Positions 51,089 through 64,000 of a stretch of 64,000 bases of DNA are shown here, piece after piece. Source of the DNA: Amphiscolops sp. MND2022 (lineage: Eukaryota); NCBI GenBank assembly GCA_964187785.1, contig OZ076409.1, forward strand, positions 34,226,001 through 34,290,000, given 5' to 3'. The notes beneath the pieces are model-generated. The model saw only the letters and a program-made list of their open reading frames with translations. It did not search any database and was not told where the DNA came from. How positions within the stretch are numbered: the first letter of the stretch is position 1; the number at the start of each line of letters is the position of its first letter. Both the position numbers and the translations under genes were made by a program.

Positions 51089-52019
51089 CTCCCAAAATGG
51101 CTATGGCTCAGTGGGTGAAGGCGAAAAGGGAGGAAAATATCCCGGTGCTTAGCGGGTGTCATGTTGTTAAAAAAGATTGTCTTTGGCAGCGATCACTAGA
51201 TGTTAACGGGAAAATAACAAGTGACGAAGACGTTACCAGATTATGCAGCGATTTTTGGAGATTGGCTGAATGTGATTTTGTCCGAATGTGCAATGAAAGT
51301 AAGTTTTTTAAATTAGAAAATGGAACTATACTGCATTCGGAACTTTTGCAAGTTTTGTATCTTGGTAAAAAATTCTTAGTATTCCTTTTGAAAAGTTTTT
51401 ACAAACCAAGTGCTGATGCAAAAATGCGAGTATTGATTGCATAACAAAGTCCCCCTTTCTGTTTTTTGGCACTGTGAGACATTGTTTTCAAAATTGTTTT
51501 TTCCGAAGGGTCTCCCCTTCAGTTTTTTGATAATTCGTAGGAAATTGGAAGTTCAAAAACCCTAGAGGATCCAGTTTTAAGACCCCAACTTGGAACATTT
51601 TTAGGGTTTTTCGGGTACTGTAAAAGATTATCTTACACTCACGAGATTAACATATCGATACCACTCGGAGAACACTTACTTCTACATGAATGGATAAAGA
51701 GAAAAAATATTTGAGCTCATTGATTAACGCAGTTCTGGAATGTCATTCTCCAAGTAACATTTGAATTGTTTTGTTTGTTCTTCACTTTGAGTTTTCTCAT
51801 AGTTTCTGCTCCATTCAGTAGTCGTGCCTTGATCTCGATTCACTTCACATTTTCGCTCTATGTGTTGGAACATAGGCTATTTAGAAAAAACTTTCTTGTT
51901 TTTTATATGCCACATAACGAGCCAGATAATTCCAAAAACCTCATGTAATCAAACTATGAGGAAACAAACCCCGGACTTCCAAATATATATACAAAGTTCT
52001 AGTATCAATTTTCAACGAA

Positions 52020-54820
52020 GTTGAAATTGTTCCACGTGAACTGTCAATGTCTCTTAAAAAAAGAAAACTACTATGTACAAAATTCTAAACCTTTTAGGAA
52101 CGAATACTATCTATGGTCTTTCAGAAACCCTGTGATCATGAAGCATTTTGGAATCTTAACAGTGACCGTTTCAAATCGTATCGATGTGATAGATACTTAT
52201 CACAGAAGGATCGGGGAGGCGGAGTTATGTTATTTGTGCCAAATTTTCTCAACCCAAAACATGAAAAAGATCTGAATTACATGGATGCAAGTAAGTTTGA
52301 AAGTTTATGGATCGAATGGAATTTGACGAATGATACCAAAAAAGTAGAAGCAAATATTTAACATCAGGTACAACCCTAAAACAAGCTTGACCGCTTGTTT
52401 TTGTAAGACCTGTTCACTAGTATCGACCTTGCTATAACCGGAAACAAGCCAATTACTCTTCTGTGAGATTATAATATTGACTATTTGAATAATGAAGAGA
52501 GAATGTTTGGATAGTATATTGGTACCCTGTGGGTTGGAAAATTTGAATACCGCAATTCCAACAAGAATGAGCGGTGATTCTCAGAGACTAATTGACTACT
52601 GTATTTCAACAGATCACTCGAAGACTGAAGATTTTGTGACCTTTTTTTCGAATAGTCTTCTCAAAGCTACAAAAAATAAAGAAATAGATCGTCGGGCAAT
52701 ATCAATAGTCACTGGAATTGAAGTAAAGGAGCCTCCAAAGGTTTTCCTAAAGCAAATTATAGTAAAGACGAATTACGTCTTTTAAAAAAACAGTTGGAGT
52801 TGTTTTTATGAACAATCTTATGCAGAAGACATGTACACTGTTTTTGTTGGCGTTGTACAAAATTTAATTCGAAAATGTGTTCCTAGGAAAAGGGGTTTTT
52901 ATCAGCAATGGTAAGAGCAAATTACCATTTCATTAAAAGTGTGTCAATCAGGAAACAAAGCGTCTTCACGACCAAATAAAAGAAATTCAGACATTGATAG
53001 TTCCTCATTAAGGTCGTTTTACAGCAAATTCTTAGAAAAGCTTTGTTGTAATCAGGAAAACTATCAAAAATCAAATGTCAGGAATCTGCAAACGGAGAAG
53101 TTGGAAGATCGATTAAAACTAAAATCTACATAGAACATTAGAAAATAGTTTCGGAGATATCATTACCGATCAAAAGCGGATTGCTAATTTATTGAATTAA
53201 ATTTTTCCAAATTGGGTGACTTTTTCGGAGAGAAACGAAAAGGACTACCTACTCCAAGCTTTTCTCTTGCATCGACATCATTCAAGTTTCAACCCATAAG
53301 CCTTTTTTGTGTAAAAAAAAGCATTGTTCTAAAAGAGCAATTGAACTCAAACAAACTTATGGGTCCGTCTAACCTTCCGCTTGGGCCTTGAAAGGTTGTA
53401 TGAACATCTTTGCGGAGCCGCTCCAGTTTCTCAATAATGCTTTCATTTTTGAAGGATCTTTCCCACAACAATTGAAACAAGCTCATCTAGCACCAATATT
53501 CAAGAATGGCGATGCAGAAGATCCAAAAAATTACCGACTTTTATCAATTACGTCAGCAATAGCGAAACTTTTCGAGAAAAATTTGAAAAAGCAAATTAGT
53601 GAATATCTAAACAGAAATAACTTGATTTGTCTTAGTCAGTTCGGTTTTAGAAAAAAAAATGTCTACATCTGATGCTCTAATTTTTGCCACTAAAATTATT
53701 AGCAGGGAAATAGACGAGAATTAATTTGTCGCAGCTGCTTGCCCTGACCTACCAATTCAATTTCCTATGAAATTTTGCACCAGGAGCTGGAGTAACGGAA
53801 TTTTGACAACAATTCAATCCCAATGATCCGAAGTTTTTTAAAATGCTGGTCCCAGAAAGTTTGTCTTGAGACAGTTTGCTCAGATTGGATAAGAATGTAT
53901 CAAGGTGTCCCACAGGGACAATTTTAGGTCCCCTGTTGTGCAATATCTATGTTAACTCAAGGCACCTGCATGTAACAGAACCAGTACAAATCGTTCAATA
54001 TTCAGACGATACCGTTTTATTCGCTGCCAATGAAGACATAGGAATTATTCAATTAGAAAGAGTCATTGAAAACCTATTGATTTTTTCCAAAGTAATCAAT
54101 GGAATTTGAATGCTATTAGAACTGAATTCATCTATTTCTGCAAAAAATCAGAGAATCAAAAAAATTATAAAATAACTGTTTCGAAAGTGAGTCACACCAA
54201 AATATTTAAATAACTTGGAATCTTCTTAGATGAAAATATCACCTATCAATTTGAGGTTGAATAGTTTTCTCAAGAAAATGGCTTGCGGCAAAAAACCTCT
54301 ATTCAATCAGAGCTTTTTTTCCTGAGAATACTAGAATTTTACTTCTCAATCCTCTTGTAATAATTCCCAAAATTTGAAGACCACGCTAGAAAAACAACTG
54401 AACTGGGGAATAAAACCAGTTTGCCACAAAAACAAGATTGAGTCTTCATGTGATATAAAACTAGAACACAAACTTTTATCGGTACAATCTTTGGTAGACT
54501 TGAAAATGAACTTCTACTTTTGAAAATGGGAAAATCATTTTCTTCCAGCTTATTCTGGAAATGAAACGTTTTTATCTATTAAAATAACCTAAAATGAAAG
54601 ATCAAAAAAAACTCGCCCTCAGCCCAAGGGCCAAAACTGACTTCGTGAAACAATCGTTTTTTCAATAGAACACCTTACCTAGTGGGATAAGAAAACAAGT
54701 TAACTACGGGGAACGGAAGAACGATCTAAAAAGTTATTATCTCCACAAATATGCAGTAGAAGTTGAATATTTAGCAGAAGTAATTAAAAAATGTTTGCGT
54801 GAGTTCAGATTCTACTAATC
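52020..54820 (+). pseudogene. Decayed non-LTR retrotransposon ORF2 (APE endonuclease plus RT; CR1/L2-like)
   Basis: FHVNCQ, RCDR...RGGGV, RLIDY, PIFKNGD...NYR, QFGFR, GTILGPLL, QYSDDT; many stops and frameshifts. Confidence 0.85.
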
Positions 54821-56346
54821 ATGCACCTGATACTAGATTAAATAATGTGTGTTGTTCTTTTTTTAACCTTTCCAATTTTCCTAATTCATGTCTACACTAC
54901 TTATCTTGAATGGAAAGTTTAGTTTTCATTTTATGATGGGAAGTTAGTGTTTTTTCTTTTCCTTGTTCAAACCTTTATGAAACTATAGCCACTTTTCAAA
55001 CACTGCAGAAGCAACGAAGCGTTACACAAATTGAATTAATTAATTCCTAAGTACAATCAGGAAAATAATCTCAAAACACTATCATTGACTTCGATGAGCG
55101 CTAGGATCTGAACGTTATCTGCCGAAATGGGAAACTCAAAAGGCTCGAACCACGTTTCTAAACGAGGAAAGAACGGTCAGGCCCTACAAAACAAAAGGCT
55201 AGAAGAAATTTGTGAGAGCGAGAAAAACAGCTTCAAAAATCCTCGATCAAAACTTCCACCAGAACTCTTGCGACACGGCAAGCACTCCAGAAGCAACCAA
55301 GCGTTGAAGAGGCAAGGAAATCAATACGGCTACAGAGTCTGAAACGAATTCTCTTGGACTCTATTTTGTTTTAAAAATTGGAAATTCGATTAATTGCAGG
55401 AAATTTAAACGAAAATGCTCACAAAAACCTCGAACAATTCCTTTCAGGTTTTGTTACGAGCTACGATGACAAACACTTAAAACTCTAACCAAAACAATGA
55501 TTTTATTTATCCGCTCTAAAATTAGGCCCCGAAAGAAATGCTATGTAACTTTGTTTGTTCATTTTCTTTATTTCATTCTGGCAAAAGGAAAAAATATTGC
55601 GTTTATCAACAGTTTTTCAGGAAAAAAAGTTTTTTTAAAAAATTCCTGTTTGACACCTTTGCATAGGCGGAAGATCCGGCTTTAACTTAAGTTGCTTTAA
55701 AAACACGCAAACTCTAGAAAAATCTGAATACCTGAAACGTTAGTAACACAGCATGAAAATTTTTGGCAAGAAAACATCTCTAAGCAGCTCCCAAAAACCT
55801 AATAAATTTGCCTCGCAACCTATAAAAACATATAAAAGTTTCGTGCACTTTGGACTAGCGCCTGTATAAAACAGTTATTATGACGGCCTGCTTCTGTATT
55901 GTACGGAAGTAAAACCCAGGAAATGATATAAATTCACAATCATGGAACAACAACGATCTTTTTTGAAGTTGTTGTCATGTGCATCGATTTTTGAATAACT
56001 CAATTTGACACACTCATCGCTCACAAATGCATTTTACTCGACAACTCAAAAATGATCAAAATGCAGAATAAACTCTTCCCAAAGTTGACGAAAGTTTATT
56101 CTACAGATTAGGCACATGAGCAAGGGCAAATGGCCGAACAAATTGAGAAAGTACTGATCAGTAATATCTTGTTTGCATGACTGCTCAAATATTTGAAATA
56201 CTCATGTCAATTATGCCCCTAGTATTTCCAATGTGGGGGTAAATTTTGATATTTGCTAGTAGTAGTTGACTTCAGCTTTCTGTTTTGAACAATATTTAGA
56301 GCATTATTACGTCTCAATACCTAAACTAATTTCGGTCGTGTCAAAA

Positions 56347-59300
56347 ATGAGTCGTGAGCTTCGATTGTTCACTTTTCTTGCCGCTTTTCTGATCACCGCT
56401 TTGGCAGAAAAACAAGCAAAGTTGTCATCACCTGAAGTTACCACCCCGCGAAAAAGTACCCAAAAAACTATCCATGTCGCAATTGTCGCAGGTTGCAACT
56501 CCCATTTTTCTCTGACAGTTCCCATTTCACATGCTCTGACAAAAACAGCCACAGTCAAGGACAAGTACAGAGTGACATATGTAACAAGTGCCAACTGCAA
56601 GAAAAGAGTAGAAAATGTAGGGGGTGTCTTGCACGATACAGGCAACTGGTACTATCCCATCACAGACCCCGATGTGGGCATCATGGAATTCGCCACCAAC
56701 TTCACAATGGGTGAGTGTGACAAAACTATTGTTTCAAGTACGACACTGGTTTCGTAAGTGTAAGTAGTTGCTTTGTTTATAGTCAAAATTGTATTTTTAT
56801 TGAGAAGTTGATTGCAAATTTTCACTGTAAAAACGATAATTGTGAAAGAAAAAATCCTTCCATAAAGAACCAAATCTGTCACATTCGAACAGCCGATAAA
56901 TTATAATTTAGTTCTACTAGAATGTAGTACGATCTTTTGTTTAATTTTTTTTCAATAACTTTTTCAAGGTGCCCTGACCAACATTCTGCCTTCTCTGGAG
57001 AGTCTGATTAAAAAAGACCGTCCTGATGTGATCATTTCTGAGATGGCGAGTTTTTACTCTGGAACTATGGCTGAAAAGTACGACATTCCTTATGCACTAA
57101 CCATTGCGGCCAGCACAGTCCCAGCACAGACCTGTAAGAAGGGGGAGGCAACCATGGCTATGGTGGCCCCCACAATCATCATCAGGGATGTAACAACAAA
57201 AACTTGTGAAACATTGCGACAAAAATGCTAAACATTTCTATGTACTCGACTTTTCGTTTACTCGCATTCAAAAGGTGGGAATATATTAAGAGTAAATGAG
57301 CTTTTTTAAAACTAACTTGATGGATTGAAGTAACTTACGATAAAATACTGTTACTTCATATCAGTATCTTAGCATTATTCTTTTAGATCTTCGTCGGCAA
57401 AACGTTTTACCGATAAGAAATGTTGTTTTATAACAATGTGGAAACCATATCGACATTTTAATCGCACTTGGTGAAAACTTTAAAATTTTTGGGGGAAAAT
57501 GTTCATTAAAAAAAACTTCGTCGAATTGTTAACTTACTCACCTTACACCTCTGATGACAACTAGTGAAGAAGACGCTCCCAAATGGGTTCTCAATTTCTT
57601 CTGTGGCCTCTGCTACTATGCTCTGCCAGTGGTTCTACATTACCCTTGCCGGCAATCGTTCAATAGAATGAACGAGATTCGCCACGAACTGAAATTGCCA
57701 ATGTTCGACAGCGTTTTTCACGCTTGGACAACGTATCCTACTGTTACCACTATTGGTATGTTTTCCACATTGAATGCTCTAACTGCTACACTGTGCTCCG
57801 AGTTGAATGAAAAAATTCAATCTTTTGACAGTTTTGCATTGTTGGTATTCAAAGACTTTTTTCAGTGAAGCTGAAGAAATTAAACGCTCTATGTTGCTAT
57901 CACCGTCGTATTGTTTATTTTATCGTAAAAATCGCTGTGTTAATTCTGATCGAACTTTGAGAAACGTTAGCTTATATAAGAGATTTTCAGATGCGTTTCC
58001 GAAATAAGTAATCGGACCATGTGTCGTATCCCCCCACCAAGCGGCCGCTGGGGGGGGAAATAAGACAGAAGATTCAATTACCATATGTCGCCATCGTTTG
58101 CGTCGAAATTTTGGTCAATAAAATAATTCATGTCGACATAATCCTATCCATTACATTTATTATCAGTCTAGCTCATTCTATTTTATCATGGAGAAAACTT
58201 GCGTTGAAATATTGGGCTTTTCATACGATTTGAGCTTGTTCCAAGCGTGAGTATTTGCTATTTTAGACAATAATATAAAAAAGTTATGGTATTTTTTTTG
58301 CCTGAAGTGTCAAAACAGTTGTAGAGACAATCCTCTAGGTATTTACATTCACATAAAGTTCTCTATTTAGTGAAATATTTTTTACTCAAGAACAAAATGT
58401 GCTTTCGTGTTGGGGGATTTGCAACAAGGTGAACCTGGGGGGATAGAACACATGGTCCAACTAATGTGTTCTTCTGCGATATAAACTGTCCTCAGCCTGT
58501 CGATATAGTGTAGCTCGAAATGATAAGACCAAACCGCAAAGTAATATTTCTGTTTTTCAATACATATTTTCAATTACACTGATTAATTTAAACTGCTTCT
58601 CAGTCGAAACTTTACCAAGAACAGAAAACGCTGTTCACTGTGGTAATAAAAAACATAGGTGATCACCATTGGACGAAAAATCCAAGAATGGTCTTCTATT
58701 CATTCATGGAACTAGACTTCTAGTTCATGGTTCTATTCATGGAACTAGACTTTCCATTCTTGTTTGAAACATCTTGACATCCACTTATTTTAGGCGAGCC
58801 CCTCGCCCCAGCTCATGATATCGAGGGCAAATTGACAGTGGTGGGACTTCTTCCTGTAGAGAAAAGCACTCTGGATTCTGTCGACCCTGCACTGCGCTCC
58901 TTCATAGAGAATAGCGACAAACCCTTGTTGTATGTTGCTTTAGGAACATACTTTGCCTTCTCAGAAGAATACTTCGAGCAAATTGAGAAGACGTTTGAGA
59001 GACAGACTCAATACAACATATTATGGTCACATTCTAGATGGACCCCGGAACTAGATGCAAAACTGGACACCACAAAATTCTTTGTGCGCCAAAAGTTACC
59101 CCAAAAAGAAATCCTTGATTCGCAAAAAGTGTACGTGAGCTTTTGATTATTCTCTCCAACTGAATAAAATTACTTTTTTATTACTCTCCGTGAAAAATAC
59201 CTAAAATGCAACTGGAATCTTAATATCTAAAAAATTGGATCCAAGTTATGATTTTCGATTTATTGTGCCTCACTTTTTCAGTATTTTCAGCATTTCACTT

Positions 59301-62300
59301 ATATAAAAATCAAGACTTTCCTGATGAAGTTTCTGAAATGAAAGCGATTGGAAATTTTCTACTTGATACCTGGAGCATGTAAAAATCAATGAACTTGAAA
59401 CCATTTTTTTGATAAATAAAAAAACGATCATTTTTGAGATATTCGATAAGATATCGAATTACCTCCAACCAAAACTTCAAAACTTATAAATGATCAGCAA
59501 AAACCAATAACCAGAAATTTTTCTACGTCTTTTCAAAATATCAATCAGTGTCATATGACACTGATTGATATTTTGAAAAGACTTAGAAAAATTTATCTTT
59601 CAATTTCCTCAAAATTAATCTGTCAATTTCAGAAAAGTTTGATAGTTCAATGTCGCTTTAGGTTTCCAATCGTTTAGTTTTCAAACAAATGAACAATTGT
59701 AAACCCATTGTAAAATTTTCAACATATCTTGAAAATTTTACCATGGGTTAACAATTGTTCATTCGTTTAAAAACTAAACGATTGGAAACCTAAAGCGACA
59801 TTAAACTATCAAACTTTTCTGAACTTGAAAGATTAATTTTGAGGTCGAAATGATAAATAAATTGCAGTTTATGCAACAGTTAATACGCGTGACAAAACTG
59901 TCAGTGATTAGTCAACTTTAAATTTCTGAAGATAAACGATGAACATCTTGTGATTAGAGCCAATATCAAACCAACAAGGGATTCGAACGACATTTTCAAA
60001 TTCCTTGAGGAGCACTCATACCCGATCAATCGTGCATTTCTGATGCATGGCTTTGTCATTTGATAACTTCTAAATAAAATCGAGAGAATAGTTGGACGTT
60101 TTCTGACGCTACGTCGTCACCAATGTGAATGCCAAATGCTTTACTTTCTTTCGATGAATTTGAGATCAACTTTGGATGATCCACAGCACATGAACTAGGG
60201 TAAATTCAATAAACTTATCATTTGTGAAAAAGTCAAAGCGAACATCAAAACGATTATCATGAATGAAACATTTTAAAAATTCATAAAATTTTGCTTCTCT
60301 AAGCAAATCGGAAAATAAACAATTCTTCTTCAGTTTAATTAAGATCAATTAGTTCAATTTGGAGAAATCGTTAATCTAGAATATCCTAGATTAAAATTTT
60401 TTCTCTAAATTGAACAAATTGATTTAATTTAAACTAAGAATGAAAAGTTTAGATTCCGATTTGAACATAAGATGCCATTTGAACGACAGGCCCCCAAGTA
60501 TGCTTGGGACTGGTTCTTCGCGAGTGGCAACTTGGGGCACCTATGCTTCATGATGTGACGAATGCAACCAGAGGTGTCAATTGAGAGTAGTAATTTAAAC
60601 AAGACACCCACTGAAACCGTCACACTCGTATTGCAAAAAAAAACTAGGGCGAAGGCGACGTAGTGCCTGGGAAAGCAGACAAATTTCAGGGACCAGCCCG
60701 CGTTTGAATCCAAGACCTACTACTGACTTGCAGGCAGACTTTCTACCAAATGGGCCACCGTGACAAAATTATATGGATTATATCACTGAGACGATTTTCG
60801 GCAGAAGTTGGAAATAGAAAGGAAACACAGATGGTGATTGTCCTCTCACTACACAAATATTTAATTTTCAATTCAGATAACTGGAGAAAACAAAATAAAA
60901 AAGAAAATATGTTCAATATATCAACCAAAACTTGTTCATGGACTATTAGAGAAATAATTTTTAAAAAACTCTTTACGCTGTGAAACATTGCTCTGTGGTG
61001 ACTTTGATATCGATACTTCGAAGGATGATTCGTACGTAAAGAATGTGTCCCTTGGACGCGTATGGTTTTGTGATACAAATTAAATTACCGACAAGGGTCA
61101 CGTCTACTTCTAAGAGTTGCATTGACCACATGGTAACCCAAAATGTAGAGAGCACTGAAACCCATCCCACTACCAAAAGTGATCATTTTACTGTTTGCCT
61201 TCTTTTACCAAGGAAAATGCAATTGATGAAACAATGGTCTCAAACCAAACCTTACAATGACCAGGAAGACGAAGAACAGGGATAGTTTTCTTTTTTGATA
61301 AAAAATTTCGTTTTTTATTTGATCAATAATTGAAGCGAGTTTACAAAAAGACATTGGTTAGATATTATGTGGAATCAACTGTTAATTCAGTCAGTAAAGC
61401 TAAAGATACAATTGAACAGCTGAGACGGTGAAAAACCATCTTGTTAGTTGTTAACTAACAAACTCAAAAACGCTATCACAAAACCTAAAATACTTTTCCA
61501 GACTTGTATTGAAAAGCCTTAACAATTGGGTCATCAATCTCATCCATGCTATCACAAACGAAACGTTTGATTCGGGGTCTTCCCATTGTGACAAAACTCT
61601 CTTTATACACCCACTGGAGAGTTCATATTGTCGAAGCATTGAAAAACAAGAAAAGGTGTGGTTTGGAAGGAATCAGTAAAAAAGTTTTGAAATTCTGCTC
61701 TCCCATTATTAGACGTCATCTCACTAAGTGTATAGATGAAAGTATTTTTCTGGAATTATTAGGAACTGCTCTCGATTTACCAAAGTTTAGAAAAAGGGAT
61801 AAAAACGATCCTGTATATTATCGCCCAGTTAGCCTATTAAACGTTTTGAGTAAAGTGGTTACGAAAATTCCACACAGTGGAATGTTACGCTTCACTGAGA
61901 AAAACAACTTGATTTTTCCCACGCATTATGGATTCAGATTTGATATCGCTACAAAAACAGATGTAATTCGCACTAATTCGGTAAGAAAGCACAAGATGAA
62001 GCTTGTTTTTTGACTTGCGAAAAGCTTTTGATACGATGAATAATGGTGTTCTATTGAAACAATTGGTAACTTATGGCTTCAGGGACAATCTTCAAAAGTT
62101 GCTATTCCGATTGTTGGCAGTACATCAGCTAAAATGGTATTTGCACTGAAGAACCTAATACTGTGTCGAGTGTCTCCCAGGGTTCCGCATTGGGTCCATT
62201 TCTGTTTCTTCTACATAATAATGACTTTCACTCTTGTGTAGGATGTTGTAAGATGGCCATGTTTACATATGATCCAACAATATTAGGTTCGAAACGCAAG

Positions 62301-64000
62301 GCTTTTGGTTCATTTCAATCAGATGTGAGCAGTTATTTGCTTTAGTTTTGTCAAAATAGACGTAATATAAACAGAGATAAATGCGAAGTAGTTGCATTTG
62401 GACGCGGTCAATTTTTCATTTGAGACAAAAGATTGCCTTTTCGAACGCGTGCAAGTATAAGGGTGTTTGCGTGAAGAAAAGTTACACTTCAAAGAATAAA
62501 TAAATTACAATCTAAAGAACTTAACAAGTACTGTGGCCTAATATATCGTGTACGTCATATGTTTACCCAAAAATAACCTCTGATGTTTTATAAATCCTTT
62601 GCAGAGTCCAAAATTGGATATGGATTACAAGCATAGAGTTTCGCTCCAAAAAAAATATTGCCGAAAATTAAGAAACGCAACGAAGAATTTTGGGAAAGTA
62701 TATTTTGAAGAAGAAGTTTGATTCTCTACACAATATTCTCAGCACGAACAAAATTTTGACACTTTTGAAGTTTTCATCGTTGAGAATATCAGAGAGTTTT
62801 CCAGGCTGCTTTGATAAGAAGCACGTTGATCTTTCATGATGATTATATCAATGGCATAGGAACATATAAAACTCGATGAAAAATGAAAAAAAAATTGATG
62901 TCAACGCAATACAGTCGGACTTTTCTGAAGAGAAGATCTTCAGCAAATTTCCTTCGCTTTACTTTTATTTCGTTAATGGTAACAACATTGATACAAATAC
63001 ATTTGGGGAATCTGCCATTCTATCAAGTTGAAAAGCCCGTCCCAAGTTTATCTTCGAATTCTGTAGTCGATGACAAACTTCTCTTTGCATATTACTCTGG
63101 AAAGCATTTGTGCTGATACTGATGGTTTTTCTGTAGTAGTGTTTAAACTATGCAAAATCGTTGAAATAGATTTAAAACATCATTTTAAAAAATCTACCTG
63201 AAATTGGTTCTTCAGGGCAGGATCGTTGATGAGCCAATAGACTCTTTTTTGTCCAGATAGATTGATTTCTTTGTTTTATTTCGTATGTTTTTTGGTATTT
63301 AAAAACTTTTCTTTTTCTCTTCAAATCAACTTGTGAGAGCGAAAAATAACAAAAAAGCACGTTTCAAGCATGACGGGATTGAGAAGGATACAAAAATACT
63401 CAATAATACTCAAAATACACCTCAATTTGGACTGAAATACCGTAACATGTACAATAAGGACATGGACATTTGAACGAGCATTTAATTTTCTTGGGGGCCT
63501 GTTCTGCAGGAGATGCAACATGGGTGTGCAACATCAGTTTCCATTGACATCAATTTGTAGTTCAATTGAATTTTTTGAGTAGAGTGATTTTCAGGAAGCT
63601 CTTCATTTCCCACTGTGGTGCCAGTTCGATGGCTGAGAGCCTTCAGGCCGGAGTTCCTATCATTGGAGTGCCTCAAGGACGAGATCAGTTTGCAAACGCA
63701 TTGAGTATTCACAAAAATAAATTGGGACTCAAACTCAGAAGCGAACCGACTCAACAAGAGCTGCTGGATGCAATTGAACACCTTCACACCAACTGGGACA
63801 CATACCATGCCAACATGGAGAAGATAGTTCACACGATGAGTCATAACTCACAGGAAAGACTTGAAAAATTTGTGGACGACTTAGTTGCGACAGGACACAA
63901 TGTTAACTTTCTGCACGAAGATCTTTTGTACCCTCTGGCACATGGGATTGTGGTAGTTATTCTGGGAATTTTGACTGTCCTTTCACCTTTTATGTTGATT
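56347..64000 (+). CDS. UDP-glycosyltransferase paralogue 2 (3' partial); exons 56347-56710, 56969-~57185, ~57565-57755, 58794-59130, 63595 to beyond 64000
   Basis: Signal peptide, GCNSHF, YYPITDPDVG, LLYVALGT, LPQ...FISHCGASSMAESLQAGVPIIGVPQGRDQ, start of TM helix; three intron positions and phases shared with paralogue 1; the exon 2/3 junction is unresolved. Confidence 0.88.
57180..57556. mobile_element. 377-bp TIR element inserted in a UGT2 coding exon (hAT-like MITE, tentative)
   Basis: TIRs CATCAGGGATGTAA / TTACACCTCTGATG (12 of 14 match); flanks ACAATCAT and ACAACTAG (5 of 8 match) as a decayed 8-bp TSD. Confidence 0.55.
59515..59594. repeat. 80-bp palindrome with a perfect 56-bp core (59527-59582)
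   Basis: GTCTTTTCAAAATATCAATCAGTGTCAT/ATGACACTGATTGATATTTTGAAAAGAC; one mismatch, then 11 more paired bases. Confidence 0.93.
59607..59844. repeat. 238-bp near-perfect foldback inverted repeat (MITE-like)
   Basis: CCTCAAAATTAATC...TTTTCAA / TTGAAAA...GATTAATTTTGAGG arms with scattered mismatches, centre ~59725. Confidence 0.9.
60640..60764 (-). mobile_element. SINE family A copy
   Basis: Minus strand GTCACGGTGGCCCATTTGGTAG...TCTGCCTG...GGATTCAAAC, then TTCCCAGGC(A/G)CTA shared with 14900-15070; 3' boundary approximate. Confidence 0.6.
60770..63060 (+). pseudogene. Decayed non-LTR retrotransposon ORF2 in the last UGT2 intron
   Basis: CGDFDID, PTRVT...CIDH, SDHF, YRPVSLL, HYGFR, DLRKAFDT, VSQGSALGPFLF. 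Confidence 0.85.

Noticed and set aside
51097..51444. 115-aa ORF as a host gene
   Set aside because: No recognisable domain or splice context; lies among TE fragments
58690..58752. Short local duplication TTCATGGAACTAGACTT (similar small duplications at ~20848 and ~50902)
   Set aside because: Ordinary slippage or repair duplications with no further structure

Overview
Eukaryotic (animal-like), AT-rich, transposon-dense window with spliceosomal introns; no bacterial genes, rRNA or CRISPR. Host genes: two tandem + strand UDP-glycosyltransferase paralogues (16734-22491 complete, 4 exons; 56347 to beyond 64000, truncated by the window edge). Most of the rest is mobile DNA: (i) a minus-strand Ty3/Gypsy element (1-11639) with a 773-bp LTR, an Arg-type PBS, a ~3.8-kb leader with a decayed ~180-bp periodicity and a long integrase tail; (ii) a young full-length 15.8-kb Ty3/Gypsy element (23343-39182; 2.19-kb LTRs, AGCAT target-site duplication); (iii) an old decayed Gypsy (~41.8-50.9 kb); two decayed APE-RT LINEs; tRNA-derived SINEs; and several MITE/foldback elements. 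Main discovery: inside element (ii), between pol and the 3' LTR, lies an antisense gene with 8 coding exons and 7 GT-AG introns (35863 to 31931). It splices in phase to ~1061 codons with a BED-like zinc finger and possible hAT-transposase ancestry, and diverges from a second accessory ORF that runs into the 3' LTR. Gag begins inside the 5' LTR. Second: a TIR element inserted in an exon of the second UGT may be an intron in the making. All gene models and coordinates were read by hand and need RNA-seq and homology searches.
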